DNA of 64,000 nucleotides, taken from sequence record SRR20825006_1005. One strand, given 5' to 3'. The notes under the pieces were generated by a model. It ran no database searches. It worked only from the letters and a program-made list of their open reading frames with translations, and was not told the DNA's origin. The stretch's first letter is position 1, and every line of letters starts with the position of its first letter. Both the position numbers and the translations under genes were made by a program. Positions 22,255 to 33,320 of this stretch are shown here, one piece after another.

Positions 22255-22824
22255 TCAGGGAGCGGTGAAGTAATTGGCCAAAGGGCTGCGTTTCAGCGAT
22301 CCTGCGCCAGTTCGACGACTGACTTTTCCGCTGTACACACGTAGTTCGGGGCTGGCATCATTTTGTGAAACCGTATCGGTTGCATCAATCGCAGCGGTCA
22401 TGCGGTTGGTTGTGTTCCCCGTTGGCAACATGTGGCCGACTCGGTTCGGTGATGCATTGCTCGCGGCGGAAGCGATCGGAGTCGTTCGTTCGACGGCCGA
22501 AGGTTGAGGGCGTTTGGCAATCGAGGCAGGCGATTGGGTTGGTTTCTTCGCGGTGGTGGGCCGGTAGCTGGTTTCGATTTCTTCGGTGGTTTTCAAAAGT
22601 GTTTGCGTGGCTTCGTCGTCCAGTTCCAAGTCAACGACAAGTTGAGTGTCTTCCGATTCGGTGGTTTCGGCTTCTTTTGGTTCCAATTCACCTCGCAGAA
22701 CGCGGACGTCGCGGGGAGCGGAGATACCAATCCGAACTTGATTGTTGCGAACCTTGATGACGGTGATCTTGATGTTGTCGCCGATAACGATTTGTTCGTC
22801 GATTTTTCGAGTGAGAACCAACAT
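22255..22824 (-). CDS. csrA: Carbon storage regulator CsrA homologue with long C-terminal extension
   Basis: MLVLTRK..EQIVIGDNIKITVI....QVRIGISAPRDVRVLRGEL. Confidence 0.9.
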   Translation of the reverse strand: MLVLTRKIDEQIVIGDNIKITVIKVRNNQVRIGISAPRDVRVLRGELEPKEAETTESEDTQLVVDLELDDEATQTLLKTTEEIETSYRPTTAKKPTQSPASIAKRPQPSAVERTTPIASAASNASPNRVGHMLPTGNTTNRMTAAIDATDTVSQNDASPELRVYSGKVSRRTGAGSLKRSPLANYFTAP

Positions 22825-22902
22825 GGCAGTTTCCTTTGCCCCAGAAGAGAGTCGTTTAAGAGAAGTGGGCCGTTGTGACCCGCGGTTGTGATGGGGGACT
22901 AA

Positions 22903-22918
22903 TGCAACGGCAGTGCCA
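22903..22918 (-). promoter_or_regulatory. Sigma-54 (-24/-12) promoter
   Basis: Minus strand TGGCAC-TGCCG-TTGCA matches TGGCAC-N5-TTGCW, ~80 nt upstream of csrA. Confidence 0.85.
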
Positions 22919-23109
22919 AACGCTTGTGGAAACCAGGGGGTTTTGTCGTAAGTGGTTTGTCGGTAACGCTTTGCGTGTTTGGTTTGCGTTGGGTGCCTCC
23001 ACGGCGTGTAAAATCGGCTAGTAGCTGTTACAAGTCGATGTCAAGAATTACAAACCGGTCTGGACGCCCCCCGCAGCGGTCGACTATTCCTTCTCTAGGC
23101 ACGAATTCG

Positions 23110-24021
23110 ATGCCCAAATTGAATTGGATGGGTCCCGCGATGCTTTCTCTTTCCGCCCGTAATGCTCAACTGCCGATGCTCGATCGGCCAAGGTTGCCGC
23201 GTGCGCTGAATCTGGCAATTTCGGTCAACTGTTTCCCGGTGCTGCTGGTCGCGTTCTCGTTGGTGCTCAGCTGTGTTTCAGCTACCGCTCAAGAGTTTCG
23301 GCTGGCGAACCGTCTGGGTGACAAGACTACCAAAGCGAAAACGCCCGACTTCACGCTAACAACCAAAATCTATTTCGCGGGCGAGCGTAAGCCGAACACG
23401 GTTCACAAAAACATCTTTGCCGAAGGCGTGATTTACAGCGTGTCGGAATCGGATCCTCGGTTTCTGACCGTGTTTGATTTGAACCAGTCCATGATCGTGT
23501 TACTGGATCAGCAAACCAAAACACGATGCTCGGTATCCATGGATGAGTTGACTCGATTGACCGCTCGCGCGGACGCGTCGGTCACTGACCCAATGCGTCG
23601 TGAGCGACTTGGGATGAATGCACGCGTGAGAATGATTGGCCCTCAGCAATATGAAATGACTTACCCGGGCGTGCGCTACGAAGTAGAAGGCGTTGCTCCT
23701 CCGTCACCCGCGATGGCGATCGCCAATGCCCAGTTGGTCGATTGGGCATGTCGTCTCAACATTGCCCGACCTCGAGGGTTGCCACCGTTTGGACGCATGC
23801 GACTGAACGACGAGCTTTGGAAGCAATCTTTGATTGGCGTGAAAACAAAGTTGTCGATTGACCGGAACGGGGCTGACGGTGAACCGGTCATGAAGGCAAA
23901 TCTGAACATTGAATCGGACTGGTCCGAAGGCCTTGATGATGATGACGAGCGTCAAATCGATCAGGTTCGAGGCTACCGAGTCGTTTACAAACAAGTGAAC
24001 TGGAGCGAGTTCGCTGACTGA
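23110..24021 (+). CDS. Hypothetical secreted protein
   Basis: Long ORF with hydrophobic segment ending ATA|QE; start uncertain. Confidence 0.6.
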   Translation: MPKLNWMGPAMLSLSARNAQLPMLDRPRLPRALNLAISVNCFPVLLVAFSLVLSCVSATAQEFRLANRLGDKTTKAKTPDFTLTTKIYFAGERKPNTVHKNIFAEGVIYSVSESDPRFLTVFDLNQSMIVLLDQQTKTRCSVSMDELTRLTARADASVTDPMRRERLGMNARVRMIGPQQYEMTYPGVRYEVEGVAPPSPAMAIANAQLVDWACRLNIARPRGLPPFGRMRLNDELWKQSLIGVKTKLSIDRNGADGEPVMKANLNIESDWSEGLDDDDERQIDQVRGYRVVYKQVNWSEFAD

Positions 24022-24128
24022 GTTGCTAGCGTCGTGATCGCTGGCAACGTTCGCCACTGAAGAAAGTATCTTCGGCGGTGGCGTTCCCATTGGTTGTTTC
24101 GCGTCTTGTTGTTTTTCCTTCAACCTCG

Positions 24129-24992
24129 ATGAAAGTCCCAACCCTCGTGAACCCGGTGATCGGAGCAGGCATCGCTGTGACGTTCAAGTTGTTTCGACTC
24201 ACGTTTCGCATACGTGTTCGAAACGACCAACGTGAACGCTTGGTGCAGCGGACGGGCAAGCAGTACGCTTTGGCGATTCTGCATGCTCATCAATTGGCCG
24301 CATTGTCATTGTCAGCACCTCGCGTGGGGGCAATGGTTTCTCGGTCGCGAGACGGTGATCTTCTGATGCCACTGCTGCGTGGCAACGGTTGTGTGCCGAT
24401 TCGCGGCAGCAGCGGCGTGGGCGAAAAGGGTGGTGCCACCGCACTGACCAAAATGATTCGCCACGTGAAGGATGGCAATCCAAGTGTGATCGCGGTCGAT
24501 GGTCCCCGAGGACCTCGCGGCGTGGCGCAAAAAGGCATCGCTATGGTTGCGATGAAAGCTGATGTCCCAATCATCCCCGTGGTTCTGATTCCTCGGCGAC
24601 GTTGGATCATGTCAAAAGCTTGGGACCGGATGCAGATCCTGCTTCCATTCACGATGGTGGATGCGTTGTTTGGTGACCCGATCTATCCGACTCCTGGTGA
24701 GTCGATTGACGATTTGCGAGCGAAGGTGGCGGAATCTTTGCGAATCATGGAACACCGCATGGATCCGGAAGAAGCGGCCATTTGTGACCGGCAGTGCCGC
24801 AAAAAGTCGGGGAAGCGGCGAGACAAGCATGAGTCGTCTTCGGCTGACGCGAACTTGCAACCAGCTGAAAACGTGCAACCAGACAAAATTGGCAAATCAG
24901 CCGGGGGGCACGACTCGCTGGTTTCCGGCGTGGAGCCAATCGGTGTCGCCAACGCAGCCGATTCGGTTTTGCTTGATCGAGAAGCTGCGTAG
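24129..24992 (+). CDS. DUF374 / lysophospholipid acyltransferase family protein
   Basis: MVSRSRDGD, IRGSS, AVDGPRGP, AWDR. Confidence 0.85.
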   Translation: MKVPTLVNPVIGAGIAVTFKLFRLTFRIRVRNDQRERLVQRTGKQYALAILHAHQLAALSLSAPRVGAMVSRSRDGDLLMPLLRGNGCVPIRGSSGVGEKGGATALTKMIRHVKDGNPSVIAVDGPRGPRGVAQKGIAMVAMKADVPIIPVVLIPRRRWIMSKAWDRMQILLPFTMVDALFGDPIYPTPGESIDDLRAKVAESLRIMEHRMDPEEAAICDRQCRKKSGKRRDKHESSSADANLQPAENVQPDKIGKSAGGHDSLVSGVEPIGVANAADSVLLDREAA

Positions 24993-25248
24993 CGAACGAT
25001 TCTCTTCTCGGGAATCCGAACTCGTTTTCCCTGAAGTCGACTTCTACAGATTTTCACGCTGGAATCAGGACGAGTACCTCCGTGAAGGTGGTATTTGTCC
25101 ACTGTGTTGAGTTGAGCGGCTCTCGTTGCCTCAAATCGCCTCGCGGATTGGCAGGCGTCTTGGCGAAACGAGGTGGATGCTTAGAATCTGGGCTCTCAAT
25201 CGCAACGCGATTGTCTTCGGAAATTCCTCTTCACCAGGCAGTGTCATC

Positions 25249-26538
25249 GTGGCTGAGCTCGCTCATCACAATTTGGATATCAAACGCGTCGCGATTTTGT
25301 TCGCCGGCGGACCCGCTCCAGCCGCCAATGCGGTCATCAGTACCGCCGCGTTTTCGTTCCTGGAAGAGGGTGCTCAGGTCTTTGGCATCAAACACGGTTA
25401 CAGCCGTTTGGCGGAATACACCGCCGCCGGTCCGTTGCAAGAAGGCACCGACTACATCCGGTTCACGCACGATTCGCTGACCCACGCTCGCAGTAGCCGT
25501 GGCATCATGATCGGAACGGCTCGCACCAACCCCGGCAAACACGTTAGCAGCCCCGAACACTTGAAAGACCCCGAGTTGGTCGCTCCGCTCCGTCGCGTCT
25601 ACGAAGGATTGTGTTCACTGGAAGTCGACGCGTTGATCTCGATTGGCGGCGATGACACGTTGAAGACCGCGAACAAACTCAAGATGTTCCAGGACAACCT
25701 GCCCGGCGACGCTCGTCGTTTCCCGGTGGTTCATTTGCCGAAAACAATCGACAACGATTACTCAGGCATTGATTTCACGTTCGGATTCTTCACCGCGGTT
25801 GAAACATTGGCCGAAGAAATTCGCAACCTCAACTACGATGCCGCCGCTGGACGAGCTTACTTCCTGTGCGAAGCCATGGGACGCAGTGCCGGTTGGTTGG
25901 CCTACGGTGCGGCCATTGCCGGTGAAGCCAGCATGGTGCTCAGCGTGGAAGACATCACCGGTGCACTGGCGGACGAAGAAGTCGTCAATCAAGAGACCGG
26001 TGAGACCCGCAAAATCATGGCGATGGATCGGGTGATCGATCGGATGGTCGACATGATGTTGGCACGCGAACGCGAAGGACGCCAATACGGCACCATCGTG
26101 ATTGCAGAAGGGATGGCCGAGTATCTGCCAGCGAAGTATCTCGAAGGCGTCACACGCGATGATCACGGGCACATCAACATTTCGTTGGTGAACCTTTCCG
26201 CCGTCATGTCGCGTTTGCTGGCTGCTCGTTACAACGAACGAACCGGCCGGACTCGTAAGGTGAATGGATTGCAGATGGGCTATGAGTCTCGTTGTGCACC
26301 ACCGCACGCTTACGACGTCATGTTGGGATCTCAACTCGGCGTCGGTGCTTACCGAGCGTTGGTCGAAGAGAAACTGAACGGCGTCATGGTTTCAGTCTCG
26401 GGACAGTTTGATCTGCACTTCGTGCCATTCGAAGAATTGGTTGACCCGCAAACGTTGGTCACCAAAGTTCGCTTTATCGAGCAGAATTCGGACTTCCACC
26501 GTTTGGCTCGGTTCTTGGAAACCTGCGTCGATAACTGA
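25249..26538 (+). CDS. pfp: 6-phosphofructokinase, probably pyrophosphate-dependent
   Basis: GGPAPAAN, IGGDDT, LPKTIDND, MGR; GTG start provisional. Confidence 0.88.
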   Translation: MAELAHHNLDIKRVAILFAGGPAPAANAVISTAAFSFLEEGAQVFGIKHGYSRLAEYTAAGPLQEGTDYIRFTHDSLTHARSSRGIMIGTARTNPGKHVSSPEHLKDPELVAPLRRVYEGLCSLEVDALISIGGDDTLKTANKLKMFQDNLPGDARRFPVVHLPKTIDNDYSGIDFTFGFFTAVETLAEEIRNLNYDAAAGRAYFLCEAMGRSAGWLAYGAAIAGEASMVLSVEDITGALADEEVVNQETGETRKIMAMDRVIDRMVDMMLAREREGRQYGTIVIAEGMAEYLPAKYLEGVTRDDHGHINISLVNLSAVMSRLLAARYNERTGRTRKVNGLQMGYESRCAPPHAYDVMLGSQLGVGAYRALVEEKLNGVMVSVSGQFDLHFVPFEELVDPQTLVTKVRFIEQNSDFHRLARFLETCVDN

Positions 26539-26581
26539 TGTTCAACTGACGGGTCAATTGTCCAGCTGGCAATGTGTTTGA

Positions 26582-27484
26582 TCACGTTGCGGTTGGAGGC
26601 GAGATGCTGGGGTGCCGACCGCTTTTGCGTTGGCATCCCGGACAAAAGAACGTCGCCCGTTGAGCTTGCACGATCCGCCGGACCACCCCGTCCTCGCAAC
26701 GAGGACACGCCAAATGTTCGCGATCATAGACGCGATGCATGTTCTGGTAATTGCCGGGATCATTCAGTGCGTTGCGATACGTCCCATCGCTCAGCGTACT
26801 GCCTTCGTGGTTGATGGCGTCTTGCAGCACCAACGTGATGGCGGGATGAATGCGTTCCCATTGTGGTTTGGTCAGTCGGTCGCAACGTGTGCGTGGGTCG
26901 ACGCCCGCTAAAAACAGAATCTCGGCTGCGTACAGGTTGCCAATCCCGGCAACAGCAGATTGGTCCAACAACGCCACTTTGATAGGGCGTTTTGAGGCGG
27001 CCAAGTTTGCTCGCAGTTGTTCCGCGGTGATGCACATTGCATCGGGACCCAAACGCGAATCGACTTTTTCGAGGTAGTCTTGTTCGGTCATCCAGCGGAT
27101 CGTCCCCAGGCCGCGGCGATCCCAGACCAGCATTTCGGTTGGTATTTCGCGGGATCGCATCGTTGACCGATTGGGTGGTGAGCGAAACTGAATGCGTAAT
27201 CGCAAGTGGTCAGGATCGGGTGGGTCAGCCAACAGCACCAAACCGGTCATCCGGGGTTCGATGACGAGTCGCGATTGATCGTCGAAGCAAAGCATCACGC
27301 GTTTGCCACGCCGCTGTATGGATGTGACACGGCGGCCTCGAAGACGACGGTTGAGGGTCGCGACCGATGGTTCCATCGTGATCGGTCGACAATGACACGG
27401 TGGAAGGGCGACTCGCTCAATCTCGCATCCGACGATTGGAGAGATCCCGCGGCACATCGTTTCGACTTCCGGCAACTCCGGCAT
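26582..27484 (-). CDS. mutM: Formamidopyrimidine-DNA glycosylase
   Basis: MPELPEVE, RRGK, GIGNLYA, CPRC...CPGC zinc finger. Confidence 0.96.
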   Translation of the reverse strand: MPELPEVETMCRGISPIVGCEIERVALPPCHCRPITMEPSVATLNRRLRGRRVTSIQRRGKRVMLCFDDQSRLVIEPRMTGLVLLADPPDPDHLRLRIQFRSPPNRSTMRSREIPTEMLVWDRRGLGTIRWMTEQDYLEKVDSRLGPDAMCITAEQLRANLAASKRPIKVALLDQSAVAGIGNLYAAEILFLAGVDPRTRCDRLTKPQWERIHPAITLVLQDAINHEGSTLSDGTYRNALNDPGNYQNMHRVYDREHLACPRCEDGVVRRIVQAQRATFFCPGCQRKSGRHPSISPPTAT

Positions 27485-27652
27485 ATGGATTCCTTTGGAT
27501 GGTCAGCGATTGGTTTGTTTTTTGTACCGTTGCCGGTTCGTATGAGTTCGGTGACGATGAGGGGGAAGTTTGAGTTTCACGCCAAGTTGCACGGACATGT
27601 TTCGAGCTGACTCGTCTGGCGTTCACGAACGAGGATCCGGTATTGAAAGGAC

Positions 27653-28939
27653 ATGTGTGCGACTCATCTTCGTCTGAATCGAGCGGATTCCGCCGAATCG
27701 GCTCCCCAGAATACCAACCTGCTCGGCCTGGATGCCGTGCGGGCGTGGGCCGCCGTTGGCGTTGTTGTGCTGCACGCATGCGTGCCCTATTCCAATCCGG
27801 ATGTTCCCGGTTTGACCTGGGCGACAACCGATACGCCTCACTCTGCCCTGACATCGCTGATGTGGGCCATTGAGATTGTCATCATGCCAATCTTTTTGGT
27901 GATGGCTGGGATCTTAGCCGTTCGAAGCATGACTTCGCGAGGACCGCTGGCAACTCTCAAGTCTCGGACTCGCCGGTTGGGTTGGCCTTTGTTTCTGTCG
28001 GTCGTGTTTCTCATTCCCGTTGATCTTTACGCCTGGCTCTTAGGCTGGTTGGCCGACGGTGTGATCACGCCTCGTCAGATGCGAACGTTGAAGTTCGCCG
28101 AGGGACAAGATGAGCATCTTTGGGGTTTGTCGCATCTTTGGTTCCTACAGTACCTGATCCTTTACATCGCAGTTCTTGCGGGGGCCTGGAAGTGGTTGCA
28201 GCGGATTGAACCAAAGACTGTGTTTCGCATCGGATTGCCGCTGATTGTTTCAATTGCCGCCGTCGTGCTGTGCTTTCACCCCGAAGTCGTTTGGGGGTTT
28301 CAACATGCATTTTTGCCAGTACCTGCTAAGTGGTTGTACAGCGGGTGCGCTTTCGCAATGGGAGTTTTGATCGCACGTGCGGATGCGGATCTGAGTTGGC
28401 TGAGACGGGTTGCCGGGCGTGCGTTTTGTCCCAGTGCTTTGCTGTGCATTGCGGCGACGGTGCTCGGTATATGGGTGCTCAACCAAAGGCCATCTGATGA
28501 CGTTCAATACGCGTCGGCGTTTCCCGTTGTAGTCAGTCGGGTCACCTGGGTGTCGCTGGCTTTGTTGACCGTCGCAGGTGCCACCGGCGTTTCGTTGTCG
28601 CTGATTGGAATCGCATGTCGTCGGGTGAGCAAAATCGGTCCCGTTACTCAGCGTTTGGCAACGGCGTCCTTTGCAATTTATCTGCTACATCATCCGGTAC
28701 TGGTGCTGTTTCATGTCGCTGCAAAGCACGGCATGCCTTCGGCGTCTCCGCTATTAAAGATGTCGCTCGGGACGATCATCGCGGTTCTAGTCCCGGTGGG
28801 AATGCATTTCGTATTTCGAGGCATGATGGCACGGCGAGCTTCGACAGTCGTGTCGCAAGGCGACCAAGATGCACCATCGATTTTGACGATGCCAACAACA
28901 TCAGAAGAATCGGCGTCCGAACGACGATTGGCTGGATAG
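27653..28939 (+). CDS. Acyltransferase-3 family membrane protein (OpgC/MdoC-like)
   Basis: GLDAVR...LH, MPIF, HLWFL, SFAIYLLHHP; many TM segments. Confidence 0.85.
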   Translation: MCATHLRLNRADSAESAPQNTNLLGLDAVRAWAAVGVVVLHACVPYSNPDVPGLTWATTDTPHSALTSLMWAIEIVIMPIFLVMAGILAVRSMTSRGPLATLKSRTRRLGWPLFLSVVFLIPVDLYAWLLGWLADGVITPRQMRTLKFAEGQDEHLWGLSHLWFLQYLILYIAVLAGAWKWLQRIEPKTVFRIGLPLIVSIAAVVLCFHPEVVWGFQHAFLPVPAKWLYSGCAFAMGVLIARADADLSWLRRVAGRAFCPSALLCIAATVLGIWVLNQRPSDDVQYASAFPVVVSRVTWVSLALLTVAGATGVSLSLIGIACRRVSKIGPVTQRLATASFAIYLLHHPVLVLFHVAAKHGMPSASPLLKMSLGTIIAVLVPVGMHFVFRGMMARRASTVVSQGDQDAPSILTMPTTSEESASERRLAG

Positions 28940-28978
28940 TCTCACGTTCGGGAGACTCGCGAATTGATTCGACAAGTC

Positions 28979-30166
28979 TCACGAAAGTTTGGTGACTGCG
29001 TCGGCCAAACGTTCGTATTGATCCAGCGAGTTGTAGGTTTGTGCCGAGATTCGCAAACAGACGTTGGTTGCATTGAACCGAAACACGGGAAGCTCGAACC
29101 GATATTCGGTTCGCAAAGCGGTTCGGACAGCTTGTATCTGTGCTGAGGTGTGATTCGTCCACGCTGGAACGGGAATGGTGGCGAGGCTGCCCAACATCGA
29201 TTCTGGTGTGGGTTCGGCGAGTTTGAGTTTGTTGAGAATCACACGCCGACCTTCGACAGCCAGTTCATGGTTGTGTCGCAACAGTCCCGCCAATCGATTG
29301 GGACCATCGGCCGGATACAAGCCTGCCAGGAAATTAATCGCGGTTGGCAATGCTAGCAGGGGAGAAGGATCAAAGGTTCCCGGCCAGTTGAATTGGCTTT
29401 GGAACTTGCTTGGGCCATAGCCTTCCATGTTCGCACCGTGGCTGATGATTGATGGAAGGACTTCGTCTTGAGATTCTTCATCGACGTAAAGAAATCCGGA
29501 TACCTTGGGTCCGCACCACCATTTGTGATGATTCGCGGTGTAGTAGTCAGGCTTCAGTTCGTTGAGATTCAATGGCAGCATGCCGGGTGCGTGGGCACCA
29601 TCGACCATCACGCGAATGTTGTTGGAATGGGCCAGTTCAATCAACTGAGCAACCGGCAAGACAATTCCTGTGGGACTGGTCACATGGTCAATCAGCATCC
29701 ATGTGGTCTTCGGCGAAATCCGACGCTCGATCGCCCGCACGACTTCGTCGGGGCTTTGAATTGGAAAGGGAATGTTGGCGGTCGTTACCGTTGCACCAGC
29801 AATATTCGCGGCTTGGGAAACCGCATTGATGCAGGCGTTGTAACCATGGTTGGTGACGAGTATTTCGTCGCCGGCTCGCAGCGGTAGCGACCGCACCACC
29901 GCGTTGACACCTTCGGTGGCATTGCGAACAAAAACAACATCTCGCGACGACGCATTGATTTCTTTGGCAACCGTTTCGCGAACGAAGTCGAGTTTGGGTA
30001 GTAGCGACCTTTCAGGTGCGAGGAACTCGATTGGATCTTCTTCCAGAAGGTTTTGCCAATGGCGTTGGTTTTCGATCACACATCGAGGTGTGGCGCCGAA
30101 GGATCCGTGGTTGAGGAAATCGAGGTCGCTTCGAATCAACCATGGTTCGCGTTGTGTGTCGTTCAA
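28979..30166 (-). CDS. Class V PLP enzyme (CefD/EgtE/cysteine desulfhydrase-like)
   Basis: LNHGSFGATP, NATEG, VDGAHAPG, NHHKW. Confidence 0.88.
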   Translation of the reverse strand: MNDTQREPWLIRSDLDFLNHGSFGATPRCVIENQRHWQNLLEEDPIEFLAPERSLLPKLDFVRETVAKEINASSRDVVFVRNATEGVNAVVRSLPLRAGDEILVTNHGYNACINAVSQAANIAGATVTTANIPFPIQSPDEVVRAIERRISPKTTWMLIDHVTSPTGIVLPVAQLIELAHSNNIRVMVDGAHAPGMLPLNLNELKPDYYTANHHKWWCGPKVSGFLYVDEESQDEVLPSIISHGANMEGYGPSKFQSQFNWPGTFDPSPLLALPTAINFLAGLYPADGPNRLAGLLRHNHELAVEGRRVILNKLKLAEPTPESMLGSLATIPVPAWTNHTSAQIQAVRTALRTEYRFELPVFRFNATNVCLRISAQTYNSLDQYERLADAVTKLS

Positions 30167-30330
30167 CGGAAGACCTGTGGGTAGAAGATTGGCGTTTGGA
30201 AGAAATGTCTGGATGCTTCGCTGTCAGATGGCGTTGCCTCGCCAGCCGTCTTTCCGCAGAAGGTATGATGAGCCGTCCAGCGAAGCCGGCAATGAGCCCC
30301 GTCCACCTAAGTTGATTTGGGAACGCGAAG

Positions 30331-31224
30331 ATGAAACACCGTCATAGCCTTTGGTTGCTCATTGTCGTGTCTTTGCTGATATCGCAGAAGACCGGTTACT
30401 GCGAGGAATCGAGTGCGGTTGTGAAGCATCAAGGACTCGTCTACGCGGAGGTTTCAGGTGCCGGGAACGAAGCTCGATCGCTTCAGCTGGATTTGTTTTT
30501 GCCCACGACGTCCGAGCCGCCTCCTTTGGTGGTTTGGATTCACGGCGGCGGATGGCGAAATGGTTCGCGACGAAATCCAAAACTGATGGAGGTGACCGAA
30601 AACGGGTACGCACTGGCCAGCCTGAGTTACCGCTTCTCGAAAGAGGCGATTTTTCCCGCTCAGGTTCACGACTGCAAAGCGGCGATTCGTTGGTTGAGAG
30701 CGAATGCAAATCGCTATGGATACAACGCGGAATGGATCGCGGTCGCGGGAAGTTCCGCGGGCGGGCATCTAGCGTTGTTGCTTGGCACGTCGGGTGACGT
30801 GACTGAGTTGGAAGGAGAAGTTGGCGGCGACCTCAAGCAGTCTTCCAGCGTACAGGCCGTGATCGATTACTTCGGCCCATCTGACTTTGTTCTACGTGGG
30901 AAGACCCAACCCGAGCGAGCGTACACCAATCAATCCGGCAGCTACGCCTTGCTGGGCGGCAAAGACGGGAAGGTTCCCGAGCAGATGGAACGATTGGCGA
31001 GCCCGGCGACCTATGTGTCCACCGACGACCCGCCGCTATTGATCTTTCACGGGACCGCCGACAAGACGGTGTTGTTGGATCAAAGCGACCGGATGGTTGA
31101 GTTGTACGACGCCGTTGGTCTGGACGTCGAACTCATCACGCTGGAAGGAGCAGGCCACGGCGGCAAGCGATTCTTTGAGGGGGATTCATTTCAGAAAGCA
31201 ATTCATTTTTTGAACGCCCATTGA
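30331..31224 (+). CDS. Secreted alpha/beta hydrolase (esterase/lipase)
   Basis: HGGGW, GSSAGG, HGTAD, GAGHG. Confidence 0.9.
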   Translation: MKHRHSLWLLIVVSLLISQKTGYCEESSAVVKHQGLVYAEVSGAGNEARSLQLDLFLPTTSEPPPLVVWIHGGGWRNGSRRNPKLMEVTENGYALASLSYRFSKEAIFPAQVHDCKAAIRWLRANANRYGYNAEWIAVAGSSAGGHLALLLGTSGDVTELEGEVGGDLKQSSSVQAVIDYFGPSDFVLRGKTQPERAYTNQSGSYALLGGKDGKVPEQMERLASPATYVSTDDPPLLIFHGTADKTVLLDQSDRMVELYDAVGLDVELITLEGAGHGGKRFFEGDSFQKAIHFLNAH

Positions 31225-31366
31225 CCGGATTGATTTAAGAATGAGAGTTTGCCAAAGCCTATGATGGGCGACTGATTTCGCTGTTTGCGTCGGCGGGATT
31301 TTGATGCGATTCCGATTGCGGGTTGGTTGGAAAGGCGGACGCGTTTGCTTCTTTGGAGAACAGAGA

Positions 31367-32896
31367 ATGTCGTTTAGATTGGGCGGGTTGTTGTGTGGCG
31401 TTGTGATGATCGTGTTTGTCACGGTGCTGGGCCGAGATCTCGTTGGCGATGAGGTGGATCGTCCCAATGTGATTTTGGTGATGGCGGATGATTTGGGGTA
31501 TGCGCAGACGGGATACTTTGACCATCCGTTGCTGAAGACACCGGAGCTCGATCGATTGGCCGCCGGCGGTTTGCGTCTGGATCGGTTCTACGCGGCTTCC
31601 GCAGTTTGCTCGCCGACCCGAGCTAGCGTGTTGACGGGGCGTTCGCCTGAGCGAACCGGTGTGCCTTCGCATGGTCACGCCCTGCGACATCAAGAGCGAT
31701 CCATCGCATCTGCGATCCGAAAAGCTGGCTATGTGACGGGTCACTTTGGTAAGTGGCATCTCAATGGCCTTCGCGGGCCGGGTGTTCCGATCCTGGGCGA
31801 GGATCGCTATCACCCCGGTCGGTTTGGGTTTGATGTGTGGTTGTCGGTGACCAACTTCTTTGATCGCAATCCGTTGATGAGTCGACGGGGAAAGTTTGAA
31901 GCGTTTGAAGGCGACTCGTCCGAAGTGATCGTGAAAGAGGCGTTGGACTTCGCGTCTCGATCAGCACGGTCTCAGCAACCGTTTTTCGCGGTGGTTTGGT
32001 ATGGCACCCCACACAGTCCGTTTGTTGCATCCGATGAAGACATGCAAACACTGGTCGACGCGGGCGAAGACGAAGATGAGAAGGCTAGGTTGCAGCGGAT
32101 CGTCGATGGCATGGATGAGGGTTCTCGCAATCACTATGGTGAATTGGTTGCCATGGACCGAAGTCTGGGGACTCTGCGAGAAGGGCTGGAGCGATTGCGG
32201 GTGCTGGACAACACGCTGATTTGGTTCTGCAGTGACAACGGTGGTTTGAAGGGCATCGAACCATCGACGACGGAACCGTTGCGCGGTCACAAGTCGCAGC
32301 TTTACGAGGGCGGGCTACGTGTGCCTTGTGTATTGCACTGGCCCGACCAGATTCAAGCAGGTCGCATCAGTCGGGTTCCAGCTTGTGCGACCGACATTGC
32401 GCCGACGCTGGTGGATTTGCTGGGATTGCCCGGTGACTCACTGACCACGCCTGTCGATGGGATCAGTTTGTTGCCAGTGATTCAGGGTCAGGATGAGGCG
32501 GTGGTGTCGCATCGCGAAAAACCGCTCGGGTTTCGTTTTCGCGGTAATTCGGCGGTGGTCGACAACCGGTGGAAGTTGATTCGCGAGACGCGAAAGCAGA
32601 AGGGGAAATCGGTGACGAGCGAACAGTTGTATCAACTGGACGAAGATGTCAGCGAAAGCAAAGACGTGACCGGTGACTACCCGGAAATTGCATCGCGTTT
32701 GAGCGAGTGGTTGGCCGAATGGAATGACTCCGTCGAGGACAGCGTGTCGGGTTTGGATTATTCCGAAGGCCGCGTGAATCCAGACCACGCTGAACCGAAG
32801 TATTGGACGAACGATTCGCGTTACGAAGTGTTCTTTGACGAGTGGCGTGATCGACCGGAGTATCAATCGTTCTTGAAGACTCGATTGGGAAAGTGA
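31367..32896 (+). CDS. Formylglycine-dependent sulfatase
   Basis: PNVILVMADDLG, CSPTRASVLTG, GKWHL, SDNGG. Confidence 0.95.
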   Translation: MSFRLGGLLCGVVMIVFVTVLGRDLVGDEVDRPNVILVMADDLGYAQTGYFDHPLLKTPELDRLAAGGLRLDRFYAASAVCSPTRASVLTGRSPERTGVPSHGHALRHQERSIASAIRKAGYVTGHFGKWHLNGLRGPGVPILGEDRYHPGRFGFDVWLSVTNFFDRNPLMSRRGKFEAFEGDSSEVIVKEALDFASRSARSQQPFFAVVWYGTPHSPFVASDEDMQTLVDAGEDEDEKARLQRIVDGMDEGSRNHYGELVAMDRSLGTLREGLERLRVLDNTLIWFCSDNGGLKGIEPSTTEPLRGHKSQLYEGGLRVPCVLHWPDQIQAGRISRVPACATDIAPTLVDLLGLPGDSLTTPVDGISLLPVIQGQDEAVVSHREKPLGFRFRGNSAVVDNRWKLIRETRKQKGKSVTSEQLYQLDEDVSESKDVTGDYPEIASRLSEWLAEWNDSVEDSVSGLDYSEGRVNPDHAEPKYWTNDSRYEVFFDEWRDRPEYQSFLKTRLGK

Positions 32897-32897
32897 A

Positions 32898-33320
32898 TCA
32901 GCGGCCTTCGCGACGCATCGTCAATTCTCGTTGCATCTCCTCACCCAAGAAGTATTGAGCAGGGACGTAGGTGTTGCGATCCAACGGGACAGTCACACGA
33001 ACGGTGACGTCTTGTGTTGCATCGGTGATGTTCGCCGGTTCGACTTCCAAAGTGAATTCATCGATTCCGATCGTACCAAGAATTCGAGTCGCTTCGGCTC
33101 GGATTTCGGCGTTGGTTCCACCGGGAATGATTCCGACGCGTGCGCCTTCGTAAACGGCGTTGTCGACCGTATGCCGAACCATCGCCACTCGCATGAATTC
33201 AAAGCCTGCGAAGAAGAACAGGAACAACAGCGGGACGACGATGGCAAATTCGACCGCGACGGCCCCTTTTCGGGATTCCGGTTTGGCGAAGTGTCGGCGA
33301 GCGTGAGACAGAGATTGCAT
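32898..33320 (-). CDS. TadE-family pseudopilin
   Basis: RKG|AVAVEFAIVVP prepilin motif; AVYEGAR. Confidence 0.88.
   Translation of the reverse strand: MQSLSHARRHFAKPESRKGAVAVEFAIVVPLLFLFFFAGFEFMRVAMVRHTVDNAVYEGARVGIIPGGTNAEIRAEATRILGTIGIDEFTLEVEPANITDATQDVTVRVTVPLDRNTYVPAQYFLGEEMQRELTMRREGR

Noticed and set aside
28979-30166. Beta-lactam biosynthesis (isopenicillin N epimerase)
   Set aside because: No ACV synthetase or IPNS nearby; the family includes C-S lyases
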